The notes under the pieces are model-generated. The model ran no database searches, was not told where the DNA came from, and saw only the letters and a program-made list of their open reading frames with translations. Source: Terriglobia bacterium (lineage in GTDB: Bacteria; Acidobacteriota; Terriglobia; UBA7540). Taken from it: DNA of 64,000 nucleotides. This document shows positions 50,084 to 59,761 of this stretch, one piece after another. The position numbers and the translations under genes are program-made. Where the stretch lies: contig DASZAI010000048.1 in the NCBI GenBank assembly GCA_035945295.1, positions 1 through 64,000 of the forward strand. Reading direction: 5' to 3'. Every line of letters starts with the position of its first letter. Within the stretch, counting starts at the first letter, position 1.

Positions 50084-50133
50084 CAATGAGACAAATGAGA
50101 CGCATGAGATGAGACCAATGAGACGGATGAGAA
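50084..50133. repeat. Tandem array of five to six 9-nt units (NNATGAGAC; GTCTCAT on the - strand)
   Basis: caATGAGACaaATGAGACgcATGAGATgagaccaATGAGACggATGAGAa in the mod-clpV intergenic region. Confidence 0.5.
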
Positions 50134-50302
50134 TAGATTCGGACTAGTCTCCTTGGACTAGGTTCTCTGTTGCACCACCCCTCCAAAGAGCACTGACGAG
50201 TTACGAGCGCCGATTCGCAAAGACCCCTCACCCGGCCCGCTCCGTCTGGTGAAAGCACGGCAGCGGTCCACCCTCTCCCCAGGGCGAGGGCAGGGAGCAC
50301 AG

Positions 50303-50367
50303 TGCGAGATTCCTCCCTGCGCTCGGAATGACACCGAGGCTCAGGATGACACCCGGACTCGGAATGA
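50303..50367. repeat. GTCATTCCGAGCGCAG-family repeat (copy 3, reverse orientation, plus partial second arm)
   Basis: gcgagattcctccctgcgctcggaatgac ... gacacccggactcggaatgat, ~50 nt 3' of the clpV stop. Confidence 0.5.
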
Positions 50368-50412
50368 TATGCTGCCCGGCGATAGGGCGGGCGAGACGCC
50401 CGCGCTCCTAGC

Positions 50413-53250
50413 CTACGCGTATACAAACTGGCCGTTGTCGCCGACGCTGACCTGGATGGTGCTGAGCTTCTCGCCCTCCGCCATGCGGCCGAGGATCTGA
50501 CGCGAAATTTCCGGCAGCAGCGTGTTGGTCAGAATGTTGTCGACGTTGCGCGCTCCGCTTTCCACCTCCGTGCAGCGGTGCGCCACCTCGTCAACCAGGG
50601 CGTCGTCAAACATCAGGTCGATCTTGTGGTTCTCGTGGATGCGGCGCTTGATCTTGCCCAGCTTCAGCCGGATGATCTGCTTCATGGCCTCATCGCGGAT
50701 GGGATAGAACGGGATGATGACCATGCGGCCGAGAAACGCCGGCTTGAAGATTTTGTTGAGCTCGGGCTTCATCGCCTTCACGAGGCCGTCGGGCGTGGGC
50801 GCGGTCTCAGGATCAGCCGTGAGCTTCATCATGGTGTCGGTGCAGGCGTTGGTGGTGAGGATGATGATGGTGTTCTTGAAGTCGATCTCGCGGCCTTCGC
50901 CGTCTTCCATGTGGCCTTTGTCGAAAACCTGGTAGAAGAGTTCGAGCACGTCAGGATGGGCCTTCTCCACTTCGTCGAGCAGCACGACGGCGTAAGGCCG
51001 GCGGCGCACCGCTTCGGTGAGTACGCCACCTTCGCCGTAGCCGACGTATCCGGGCGGGGAACCCTTGAGCGTCGAGACCGTGTGGGCTTCCTGGAATTCC
51101 GACATGTTGATGGCGATCAGATTGTGCTCGCCGCCGTAAAGCAGGTCGGAGAGCGCGAGCGCTGTTTCCGTCTTGCCTACACCGCTAGGCCCAATGAGCA
51201 TGAAGACGCCGATGGGCTTGTTGGGATCGTCGAGGCGGGCGCGCGAGGTCGAGATTCGCTGGCTGATGATTTCGAGGGCGTGCAGTTGCCCGATGACGCG
51301 CTGTCCGAGCAGGGTGGGCAGCTTCAGCACCGTGTCGATTTCATCCTTCATCATCTTGCCGGCCGGGATGCCCGTCCAGGCCGAGATGACTTCACCGACG
51401 ATTTGTCCGTCCACGCAAACGCGCATCAGCGGGGTCTCGCCCTGCAACGTTTCGAGCTCGCGTTCCAACTTGGCCAGTTCGGCGCGCAGCTCTTGGGGAG
51501 TTGCTGCCGGCTGAGGCGCGGTCGCGGTCGCGGCACCTGCCGCGGCGGTGGGATTCTCGCTGGCTACGGTGCTAGCCGCTGCGCCTGTCGTGCCAGCGGC
51601 CGCGACGTCGGAGGTCACGGTGACGCGTCCGCCGTCGCCCGCGTGGCTGGCGGGCGCACCCGCCGTCGCCGCGTGTCCGTCGCCACCCGAGGCCGTCGCG
51701 CTTCCCACGGCCGCTCCGGAAATACTCGCTTCGAGCTGATTGCGCAGCTCGCGCAGGCGTTCTACCAGCCCGCGCTCCTTTTCCCAGCGTTCGGTGAGAC
51801 GCGTGAGACGCTCGCGCGTCTCCACTTTCTGCTTGGCGATTTCCGCCAGCCGCTCGCGGTGGTCCGCGCCTACGGCGGCCTCGCGATTGAGGATGCGCTC
51901 CTGGACTTCGAGGTCGTCGAGCTGACGAGTGGCGTCCTCGATGGCGGGCGGTGTCGCGCTCTGGCCGAGCGCCAGTCGAGCGCACGATGTATCGAGTACG
52001 CTGACCGCCTTATCCGGCAATTGTCGCCCGGCGAGGAAGCGGTGCGAGAGGCGGACACCGGCGTCGACGGCCTCGTCGAGGATGCGCACCTTGTGATGCT
52101 TCTCGAGCGACCCGACGATACCGCGCATCATCACCATGCACTGCGTCTCGGTCGGTTCCTCGACCTTCACCACCTGGAAGCGGCGCGCCAGGGCGGGGTC
52201 CTTCTCAAAGTATTTCTTGTACTCTGACCACGTGGTAGCAGCGATGGTCCTCAGTTCGCCGCGCGCCAACGCCGGCTTCAGCAGGTTCGCCGCATCGTTC
52301 TGACCCGCCTGGCCACCGGCGCCGATCATGGTGTGGGCCTCGTCGATGAACAGGATGATCGGTATGGGCGACGACTTGACCTCCTCGATCAGACCCTTCA
52401 GGCGGTTCTCGAACTCGCCTTTGATACCTGCGCCGGCCTGCAGCAGCGCGAGGTCAAGCGTGCGGACCGTGACGTTGCGAAGCGGCGGCGGAACATCGCC
52501 GTGGGAGACGCGCAGCGCGAAGCCTTCGACAACTGCCGTCTTGCCGACGCCCGCCTCACCGGTGAGGATGGGATTGTTCTGACGACGCCGCATCAGGATG
52601 TCGATCACCTGGCGGATCTCGAAGTCGCGTCCCAGCACCGGATCGATCTTGCCTTGCTTGGCGTTCTCCGTGAGATTGACGGTGAACTGGTCGAGGTTGG
52701 GCGTCTTGCCGCCGGGCCGTGGCGCGCCGGGCGCGGCGGCGGGGCCCGCGGCCTGGGTCGCGGCCGCCAGAGCCTCTTCACTCGACTCCCCGATGATGGT
52801 CAGGAAGTCCTTGCGCAGGGCCTCGGCTTGAATCTTCTGAAACTCGCGGCTGATCTCGCGCGTGAGGCGAGCCAGGTCGTCGTCCGTGACCAGCGCCAGG
52901 ATGGTGAAGCCGCTGCGGACCTGGCCGGCGCCGTAATCAATCGAGCCGATCGTCCAGGCTTGAGTCAGCATCCTGACCAGCGTAGGACTCAGCGCCGGAG
53001 TACGGGCATTCCCGGTCTTGAGTTTGTCGAGGCTGCGCGCGAGTTCGCCGGACAGCCGCGACCGGTCGACGCCGAACTGCTTGGCGATATAGAAAAAATC
53101 GCCGTCCGGCGAGTCGAGCAGCTTCATCAGGAAGTGCTCGACTTCGATATCGTAGTGGGTGCGCGACAAGCAAAGCCCGGCCGCGCCCTCGAGCGCGCCG
53201 CGCGTCGAGTCATTCAACTTGCCGATCAGTGACTTCAGATTTGGACCCAT
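50413..53250 (-). CDS. clpV: Type VI secretion AAA+ ATPase ClpV (TssH) with low-complexity insertion in the middle domain
   Basis: ClpV-type N-domain, two AAA+ modules (Walker [14 protein letters not shown] and [11 protein letters not shown]), ClpB-like M-domain; ATG 53250 with AAGGGAAGG ribosome-binding site. Confidence 0.9.
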   Translation of the reverse strand: MGPNLKSLIGKLNDSTRGALEGAAGLCLSRTHYDIEVEHFLMKLLDSPDGDFFYIAKQFGVDRSRLSGELARSLDKLKTGNARTPALSPTLVRMLTQAWTIGSIDYGAGQVRSGFTILALVTDDDLARLTREISREFQKIQAEALRKDFLTIIGESSEEALAAATQAAGPAAAPGAPRPGGKTPNLDQFTVNLTENAKQGKIDPVLGRDFEIRQVIDILMRRRQNNPILTGEAGVGKTAVVEGFALRVSHGDVPPPLRNVTVRTLDLALLQAGAGIKGEFENRLKGLIEEVKSSPIPIILFIDEAHTMIGAGGQAGQNDAANLLKPALARGELRTIAATTWSEYKKYFEKDPALARRFQVVKVEEPTETQCMVMMRGIVGSLEKHHKVRILDEAVDAGVRLSHRFLAGRQLPDKAVSVLDTSCARLALGQSATPPAIEDATRQLDDLEVQERILNREAAVGADHRERLAEIAKQKVETRERLTRLTERWEKERGLVERLRELRNQLEASISGAAVGSATASGGDGHAATAGAPASHAGDGGRVTVTSDVAAAGTTGAAASTVASENPTAAAGAATATAPQPAATPQELRAELAKLERELETLQGETPLMRVCVDGQIVGEVISAWTGIPAGKMMKDEIDTVLKLPTLLGQRVIGQLHALEIISQRISTSRARLDDPNKPIGVFMLIGPSGVGKTETALALSDLLYGGEHNLIAINMSEFQEAHTVSTLKGSPPGYVGYGEGGVLTEAVRRRPYAVVLLDEVEKAHPDVLELFYQVFDKGHMEDGEGREIDFKNTIIILTTNACTDTMMKLTADPETAPTPDGLVKAMKPELNKIFKPAFLGRMVIIPFYPIRDEAMKQIIRLKLGKIKRRIHENHKIDLMFDDALVDEVAHRCTEVESGARNVDNILTNTLLPEISRQILGRMAEGEKLSTIQVSVGDNGQFVYA

Positions 53251-53263
53251 GGTTTCCTTCCCT

Positions 53264-54298
53264 TCATAGCTTGAGGATTGTGTCGCCGGCGTCGTGACCG
53301 AGGGGCCCCGACCTCGCCCAGGTGACCCATCCGAGCCGCGGAGCGGTTTCGCCCTCACCGCCCATCTCGCATCGGGGCACCTGGTCCTGCTTGAGAATAA
53401 GCTGGACTTCAAATTCGAATTCGTCGTTGGAGAAAAAGCGAGTCAGCGCGCGGAGGGGTTCGTAGGCGGTGCCCTCGGGCAGGAAATCGAGGTATTGGGC
53501 GAGCGTCAGAGGCCCCACTTTGATTCGAACCCGCGACTTGTGGTCCCAGATTTCATCCCCGACGACGGCGCCAAGACCCAACTGTTCGGAGTAGCTGTCG
53601 CCGTTCTGAAACTCGCATTGGGTATCGGGGTCGAGGCGGTACCAGGCCCCGGCGAACTGCTCGACTTCGACGCGCACGTCAAAGTAGTCGCTCAGCATCT
53701 GCTCGAGCGCGGCCGCCGAGCGGGGCTGCGGCCCGAGCAAGCCGGTGTAATACATCAGCGACTCGTCGAGCGCCGACTGGCGGTCTTGGAGTCCTTCGGT
53801 TCCGAGCCCGACGAGGTCCATCAGGTGGTGGGAGAAGCGGTCGAATTCGCCGCGCTCGTAGGCAATCGGGAAGCGGTACTTCTCCCAAGCCTGATAAAAG
53901 AGCGAGATGATGCGGTGATTGAAGAGGTCGAAGAACGCCGAGAGAGTTTCGTCTTTGGCGCGCGCCCGCTCGAGGATCAGCTCGGTGTAGCAGTAGGGCA
54001 GCACGCCGAGGGGCCCCGTCAGACCCATGAAGTTCACCGCCATTTGGGGCGGGCCGCCGTTAGGCCAGTCGAGCGTATGGATCTGGCTCGCCGGAAAGCT
54101 GAGCGTGTTATGCACGTGGAACCGCACCGCCTCCTCCGCCGGGCTGGCGAATCGCCCTATCGGCTGGCGCGTGCCTCCCAGGCGCTGAAGCAGACGGACG
54201 GCCTGGAAGAACTCGAAGGAGCAGGGGCTCTCGCGCAGCCGCTCTTCGATGGCGGTTGAGTCTACAGAAGGATTTTCCGTCCCGCTCGCGGTGGCCAT
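53264..54298 (-). CDS. tssG: Type VI secretion baseplate protein TssG (ImpH/VasB)
   Basis: FEFFQAVRLLQRL N-terminal motif; 344 aa; overlaps tssF stop. Confidence 0.85.
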   Translation of the reverse strand: MATASGTENPSVDSTAIEERLRESPCSFEFFQAVRLLQRLGGTRQPIGRFASPAEEAVRFHVHNTLSFPASQIHTLDWPNGGPPQMAVNFMGLTGPLGVLPYCYTELILERARAKDETLSAFFDLFNHRIISLFYQAWEKYRFPIAYERGEFDRFSHHLMDLVGLGTEGLQDRQSALDESLMYYTGLLGPQPRSAAALEQMLSDYFDVRVEVEQFAGAWYRLDPDTQCEFQNGDSYSEQLGLGAVVGDEIWDHKSRVRIKVGPLTLAQYLDFLPEGTAYEPLRALTRFFSNDEFEFEVQLILKQDQVPRCEMGGEGETAPRLGWVTWARSGPLGHDAGDTILKL

Positions 54299-56100
54299 TC
54301 GCGCAGTGCCTCCTTTCTCTGCCGGGTTGTCGCCACGAGTTGGCTGAAGCTGTTCATGGAAGCGTACTGGGCCAGAAAGTGCTCGAGCACGCTGCCGAAA
54401 AGATAGGCGCCTCCGCCCACGAACTGGTTCTCATCGAGTTCCAACTCCACCCGAGTCCCGCGTGCGAATGTAATTCCGTGTTCGGAAACCACGCGCGCAA
54501 AATGCGGACGGCTCTTGACGCCCACAATGCCCTCAATCACCTTTTGCGAAAAGGCCGTGCCGGTGAACTCGTAGAGCTTGAGGATCTGCTGGAGCGCCTC
54601 TTTGCCGTCTTCGACCAGGGAAAGGTAATTCAGCGACAGGTGGGAAATCAAGCGCCAGAATGCGCCCTTGCCCACCGGAGGACGCAGGGTGGGGGTGGGT
54701 TTTTTGAGTGCTACGATGCGCTTGATTCCGGTCATCCCTTCCATCTCGAAGTCGCCGTCCTGGCTGCCGAATGGCAAGCGCGCCGGCAAGTCGCGGTTGG
54801 TGCAGGTGGTGCGAATGGTCAGGGTATCCGCGTCGGGGCGGACCGGACGCAGAGACAAATCTACGAGAGAAAGAAAGACGTCCGTGGCCTCGTCGTCGAC
54901 GCGGCCGGAGGCGCGGCGCGTTGCCAGCCAAAAACAACGTTGCTTGTCGCGCTGGCCGCCGTGCCGGAAGGAGTAGAACGGCTCGTAGCGGATGATCTGC
55001 TGGGTTTGGGCATCGACGCTCGCCACTTCGTCGATGGAGAAGACCTCGGTCGCATTAGGACGCCGGACGTCGGGAATAACCGGGTACTCGTATTTCTGCT
55101 GATTCAGCAGAATGGGCTCGGCAGTCTGGGGGAAGAGATTGATCACCGGAGTCGAGGCGAGTTGGAAGGTGTTGGGCTTGACGCCCAACTCCAGACGCTG
55201 CCGGCGCTCTTCCCCCTCCACGTGCGAGATCAGGAAGATCATCTCAACGCGATCCTTGAAGCCCGCCTTCCACACCTCTTCCAGACCCGTGAGATCGAAG
55301 AAGAAGAACTTCTCGGGGAAGGTGAAGTACTCCTCGAGCAGCCGATAGCCGAGAAAAGAGCGGCGAGTGTACGGCAGTACGCCTTCATTTTCAGCGAAGC
55401 CCACCGCCCGGAGGCGTGGCGCGGAAAGAGTCACCGGCTTCGAGCGAGTGTTCGTAGGATCGCGCACAACGATGCGGTTCAGGCCGGCCCCCAGTGCCTC
55501 GTAAAGGGTGTGCACCAGCGCGCTCTCGCCAACCAGGTGAAGGCGCAAGCAATCCATCTGGAGTTCCGGAAACTTGGCGTCGCCTGCCGTGCGCAACTCG
55601 AGCCGCAGGGCGCCTTCCGAGTCCGGCGCCTTGAGGGCCGGCTGGAGACGGTCGGGCGTCCTCCACTCGGCGGCGGTGACGGAGACCGGCCACAACGTGA
55701 TGTCGTAGGTAGTGCGGAAAACACACGGTACGCCGCCTACGGGCCGGGAGTATAGGACGGTATCGCGCGGAATGGGGAGACCGGTCGAAAGCTTGCCTTG
55801 CTGCGGATCGAGTTCGAACTGGACCACCGACATCGACGGGATGGGACGCACGAGGTGGGGATAAACGACGCTGAGCAGCGCCTCGGTAATCTCCGGGAAC
55901 TCGTCGTCGATCTTCATGTGGACGCGGGCGGCGAGGAAAGCAAAGGCCTCGAGCAACCGCTCGACGTGTGGGTCCTCGCACTTGGCGGGCTCGAGGACCA
56001 GCCGCGCCGCGACCTTGGGGTAGCGCTCAGCGAAATCGACCGCCAGGTGGCGGAGATAGGTCAGCTCTCGCTCGTAGTAGAGCAACAGCTCATCCCGCAT
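54262..56100 (-). CDS. tssF: Type VI secretion baseplate protein TssF (ImpG/VasA)
   Basis: N-terminus MRDELLLYYERELTYLRHLAVDFAERYPKVAARL; 612 aa. Confidence 0.9.
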   Translation of the reverse strand: MRDELLLYYERELTYLRHLAVDFAERYPKVAARLVLEPAKCEDPHVERLLEAFAFLAARVHMKIDDEFPEITEALLSVVYPHLVRPIPSMSVVQFELDPQQGKLSTGLPIPRDTVLYSRPVGGVPCVFRTTYDITLWPVSVTAAEWRTPDRLQPALKAPDSEGALRLELRTAGDAKFPELQMDCLRLHLVGESALVHTLYEALGAGLNRIVVRDPTNTRSKPVTLSAPRLRAVGFAENEGVLPYTRRSFLGYRLLEEYFTFPEKFFFFDLTGLEEVWKAGFKDRVEMIFLISHVEGEERRQRLELGVKPNTFQLASTPVINLFPQTAEPILLNQQKYEYPVIPDVRRPNATEVFSIDEVASVDAQTQQIIRYEPFYSFRHGGQRDKQRCFWLATRRASGRVDDEATDVFLSLVDLSLRPVRPDADTLTIRTTCTNRDLPARLPFGSQDGDFEMEGMTGIKRIVALKKPTPTLRPPVGKGAFWRLISHLSLNYLSLVEDGKEALQQILKLYEFTGTAFSQKVIEGIVGVKSRPHFARVVSEHGITFARGTRVELELDENQFVGGGAYLFGSVLEHFLAQYASMNSFSQLVATTRQRKEALREWPPRAGRKILL

Positions 56101-56590
56101 CCGCTTCTCCTTTTATCTGGCAGGCGCCGCTCTTGAGCTCGATCAGCGTGTCAAAGGAGACGTGCTCAGGGGAGGGATCCATCATCAGGATCCCCTCAAT
56201 GCGCAGACGGAGATTGAACTTGCTGGTCTGGGAACTTTCCTGCGGCTCGACGCGCACGTTGGTCAGACGTGGCTCGTACTCCTTGACGATGGACTGGATG
56301 GCCCGGAGAAGCTTGGTCTGGTCTTTCGAGGAGCTGGCGCTGTAGGAACTCAAGTCCGGGAGTCCGTAGAGATAAAGGGATTCGTTGAGCTCGACCAGGG
56401 ATTCATCGGGTTCGACGGCGACGCGGCGGGTGTTCAGCAGCCATTCCAGGTCGCGGCGCACGCCCTCTTTCAAGCGGCGCACGGACTGGGCGCGGGTAAG
56501 GGGTGCCTCAGCAGAGCTCCGGGGCTCCTGATCGATCAGTCTGTCGACGACCGACAGTGTGACGATAACATCGGATCGGGTTCGCTCCAT
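56090..56590 (-). CDS. tssE: Type VI secretion baseplate protein TssE (gp25-like)
   Basis: 166 aa gp25/lysozyme-like fold pattern (SVVDRLIDQEP...LEWLLNTRR...EYEPRL). Confidence 0.85.
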   Translation of the reverse strand: MERTRSDVIVTLSVVDRLIDQEPRSSAEAPLTRAQSVRRLKEGVRRDLEWLLNTRRVAVEPDESLVELNESLYLYGLPDLSSYSASSSKDQTKLLRAIQSIVKEYEPRLTNVRVEPQESSQTSKFNLRLRIEGILMMDPSPEHVSFDTLIELKSGACQIKGEADAG

Positions 56591-56596
56591 CCTTCA

Positions 56597-58429
56597 TCAT
56601 CCGGAAGTCAACGCCTGCACGGGACTGAGGCGGCAGATGCGTTCAAACATCTGCTGCTTCACCTTCGCATCTCCCTGCACACGCTTGCTCAGCTTCATGA
56701 TCGTGGCGAGGGCCTGAGCGACCAGTTCGTGGTCCTCCCAGTCCTCCAGCTTGTAAGTATCCACCGCGGTCGCAAGATCGTCGAGCATGGGTTGGGCGAT
56801 GGCTTCTTTGCCTGCCGAGGCGCACAGTTCAACGAGTTGCAGCTTGCGTAGGAAGCGCCCGCGTCCCGACGGTTGGCGGGCGATTTCGTGCTGCATGATC
56901 TCCAGGGCTTTATCGGGCTGGCCGGCACGCAGCGCCTCCTTGGCCAGGACGAAGCTGTCCACGAATTTCCTCTGCCAGCCGGGGGCGGCGCGGTCGTCAG
57001 GCGCGACTGGAGGCGTTGCCGCAGCCTGGGGTGGCGTGGTACCGTCCGCCGCCGGAGCGGCGGGCTCGGCGAGCAGTTGCCGCAGCCAAGCCTGGGTCTG
57101 CGAGTTTGCCGCCGGCGTATCGTCCATCAAAGTCGCCCCAGCCAAGTCGGGCAAGTCGCGCAACAGGGTCTTGAGCTCGGAGCGAATGGCCCTGGCGATG
57201 GGCTCGTAGTCGGCGCCCAATCCCACACAAGCCTCGAGCACGAAGCGTTGCAAGTCAAGCCAGGCGCGACTCGAGGGCAGCGCCATGGCATTCTCGGCGA
57301 CCTCGAGCAATTGTTTCCAATTCTGGTCAAGCGCCAGCCGTTTGATGTGCTGCCGGAGCTCGGTGGGCGGAGCTTCAAGCTTCGTGGGATCCGAGGCTCC
57401 GACCGCCGCCCGCAACTCGCCCCAGCGCAGTCCCCGCAGCATCAGGTAGGGAGCGGGGCTGAGGGGTTCACGCTGGCGCAGAAACGCGGCGGCGCGAGCC
57501 ACACTGGCAACGGCCTCGCGGCGATCCTCGGGCTCTGAGCTGTTGGCGACCGAGAAAAGGATGCTCGCCGTAGGCGCAGCGCCCGCGCCGCCCGGCGCCA
57601 CGCCACCCTCAGCGGTCGCAGCGGCTGCCTCCCCGGCGGGCGCCACCTCGACCGGGTCCGGCTCGGTCTCCCGCTTCTTCTCGAGTAAGGCGTGGACCAG
57701 GTGGCGGACTTCCTCGAGCGCCGTCCTGAGGGTTCTGAAGGAAGGAGCACTGCTGCTACCGAACTTTTCGTCGCAAAGTTTCTCAAGCGTGCCGGCCCCC
57801 GCCAGGCACGCGTCGAGGTCTTTCTCGGCCTGCAGGTAAAAGGCCTTGGGAGTTTCCGTAAAGGCCTTATCGAAGGCCTCGGGAGCCAGTTTGTTCTCCT
57901 TGAGCTGGGCCTCCCGGGACTTCTTCTGCTCGGCGCTCTTCGCCTGATCCTCGTACCCGACCTTGCGTGATTCCTGGTACTGGAGGAAATTGTGCCCCTC
58001 TTTGTTGAGGGGAGTAGTTTTGACCGCCAGATCGAGCCGCGCGCCCATCCACTCAAGGGGCGCCGCCCTCAGTTCAAGATCCCCATCCTCAACCGGAGGA
58101 TGCAACGTGTCCCAGAACTTTTCCACGAGCCCCTGGCACAGAGCCAGGCCGTCCTTCAGACCCGCGAACCCTTGCTTCTTGAGCAGCGCTTCGGCCAACC
58201 ACGCCGCCAACTGTAAATCCTTAGTTTGACCGGCGAGAGCCTCCTGCGCCAGCTTGATGACCAGGGGAAAGTCCGCCTTCTTGACCTCATGTTCCCAGAC
58301 GCCGGCGGGCGCGCTGTCTTCCTCGCGGCGAGCCTCTTTGATCTTTTCGTAGATGGGAGAGTAGCGGAGACTCTCGCCGCTGGGATTGGATCCGGGAATG
58401 GGCTGTAGCAGGGCTTCGTTCAGAGGCAT
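56597..58429 (-). CDS. tssA: Type VI secretion protein TssA (ImpA N-terminal domain)
   Basis: start at MPLNEALLQPIPG (the longer ORF upstream overlaps tagJ). ImpA_N signature GESLRYSPIYEKIKEARREED..GVWEHEVKKADF..TKDLQLAAWLAEALLKKQGFAGLKDGLALCQGLVEKFWDTLHP. Confidence 0.75.
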   Translation of the reverse strand: MPLNEALLQPIPGSNPSGESLRYSPIYEKIKEARREEDSAPAGVWEHEVKKADFPLVIKLAQEALAGQTKDLQLAAWLAEALLKKQGFAGLKDGLALCQGLVEKFWDTLHPPVEDGDLELRAAPLEWMGARLDLAVKTTPLNKEGHNFLQYQESRKVGYEDQAKSAEQKKSREAQLKENKLAPEAFDKAFTETPKAFYLQAEKDLDACLAGAGTLEKLCDEKFGSSSAPSFRTLRTALEEVRHLVHALLEKKRETEPDPVEVAPAGEAAAATAEGGVAPGGAGAAPTASILFSVANSSEPEDRREAVASVARAAAFLRQREPLSPAPYLMLRGLRWGELRAAVGASDPTKLEAPPTELRQHIKRLALDQNWKQLLEVAENAMALPSSRAWLDLQRFVLEACVGLGADYEPIARAIRSELKTLLRDLPDLAGATLMDDTPAANSQTQAWLRQLLAEPAAPAADGTTPPQAAATPPVAPDDRAAPGWQRKFVDSFVLAKEALRAGQPDKALEIMQHEIARQPSGRGRFLRKLQLVELCASAGKEAIAQPMLDDLATAVDTYKLEDWEDHELVAQALATIMKLSKRVQGDAKVKQQMFERICRLSPVQALTSG

Positions 58430-58434
58430 AGTGG

Positions 58435-59169
58435 CTAGTTGACGGCTCCAGCAGCGGAGGCCGGGGCGTCGAATTGAAGGTGGCGCAGCTCGAGGAACGG
58501 GAACTCCTCCTCGTCCGCCACCAGCATCTTCTGGCCGGCCGGCACCGCGCGGCCCTCGTCGTCTTCTTCCCATACGGTTGCGCGACCCAGGCGGACCTGG
58601 TCATCGGGGTGCTGCGAGCAGAAGGGCGAAAGGACAGGCAGCAGAATCTCGCCCAATTCCCGGCCCTCGAATGACGGCCCAGTTCGAACCAGAGCGGGGA
58701 TCCAAATCAAGTCGCGCAGCCGCTTGGGAGGTTCCATCTCGATAGAGGCGATGTGCCGGAAGGGAATCCAAAGGTAGCTGCCGGCGGCAAAGATTTCGAG
58801 CCTCGGCCCGATTCGGGGATCGGCGTCGGAGAGGGAATGGAAGGGACGGCCGTTCAAAGTACCCGAGATGGGGCCCGATTCGGAGGCGCCCGCGTCCTTC
58901 GGATATTCTTTCTTGCGGAAGGTCTCCTGCCGTTCCCGTTCGGCATGGAGGGCAGAACGGTAGAGCAGGCACCCGAGTTGAGCGTTGTTGCCGGACTCCG
59001 CGATGACATCAAGCTGCTTTTCTGCGCGCTCGAAGTCCCCCGCAAAGCACAGCAATTCAAACAGGAAGGTGCGGCGCTGGCTGTCGGTGGGATGATCCCG
59101 CACCTCCGCGCTCAGCGCACGCACCGCATCCTGAAGCTTACCGGCTTGATAGAGGTCTCGCGCCGTCAT
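58435..59169 (-). CDS. tagJ: Type VI secretion accessory protein TagJ (ImpE family)
   Basis: N-terminal TPR-like helices (FLFELLCFAGDFERAEKQL) and C-terminal ImpE core (GRPF..LSDADPRIGPRLE..GSYLWIPF..IEMEPPKRLRDLIWIPA). Confidence 0.7.
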   Translation of the reverse strand: MTARDLYQAGKLQDAVRALSAEVRDHPTDSQRRTFLFELLCFAGDFERAEKQLDVIAESGNNAQLGCLLYRSALHAERERQETFRKKEYPKDAGASESGPISGTLNGRPFHSLSDADPRIGPRLEIFAAGSYLWIPFRHIASIEMEPPKRLRDLIWIPALVRTGPSFEGRELGEILLPVLSPFCSQHPDDQVRLGRATVWEEDDEGRAVPAGQKMLVADEEEFPFLELRHLQFDAPASAAGAVN

Positions 59170-59178
59170 GGCCGTCCG

Positions 59179-59667
59179 TTACGCCGACGTATTTTGTCCG
59201 ATGTCCCAGCCACCATGTACGGTGCCTGTGCCGCTGCCCGTATCGGCCTGGGGCGTGTAGTCGACGGTGCCCGTCTCGAAACAGAACGACACCGATTCCA
59301 TGGGAGTGTCCCCTGCGCCACCCGACCCCGACCACTGCAGAGATGTAATGTAGACGTTGGTGAATTTGTATATCAAATACTGGATCGGACTAGTGCCCGC
59401 TGACTTCTGCAGGGTTACCTGGGCGCTAGCGATGACCGTACCGTCGCAACACTTTTGGAACAGCAAAGGGCTGGAACTGTCGGTCGACTTCATGATGGAA
59501 AAATCACTGACCGAAACCTTGCCTGTGCTGGGACCCGTGCCTGTGCCCACGGATGTCGAGTTGGAAGCTCCCCAACTGAAGGACATGATGTCAATCTCGT
59601 TCGTATGGTCTTTCTTCTGAGACTCACCATTGATGCCGTCGAGCTTGAGAAACGCGTCGTACGCCAT
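59179..59667 (-). CDS. hcp: Type VI secretion tube protein Hcp (TssD)
   Basis: MAYDAFLKLDGINGESQKKDHTNEIDIMSFSWG N-terminus is the canonical Hcp signature; 162 aa. Confidence 0.9.
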   Translation of the reverse strand: MAYDAFLKLDGINGESQKKDHTNEIDIMSFSWGASNSTSVGTGTGPSTGKVSVSDFSIMKSTDSSSPLLFQKCCDGTVIASAQVTLQKSAGTSPIQYLIYKFTNVYITSLQWSGSGGAGDTPMESVSFCFETGTVDYTPQADTGSGTGTVHGGWDIGQNTSA

Positions 59668-59761
59668 GAGAAGATTCCCTCCTTTAGGGATTCTGGGTCA
59701 TTGCCGAAGGCGGGAATCGCCGCTCCGTCCCAGCCCTCGGCGTCAGTCTGAACCATCAAAC

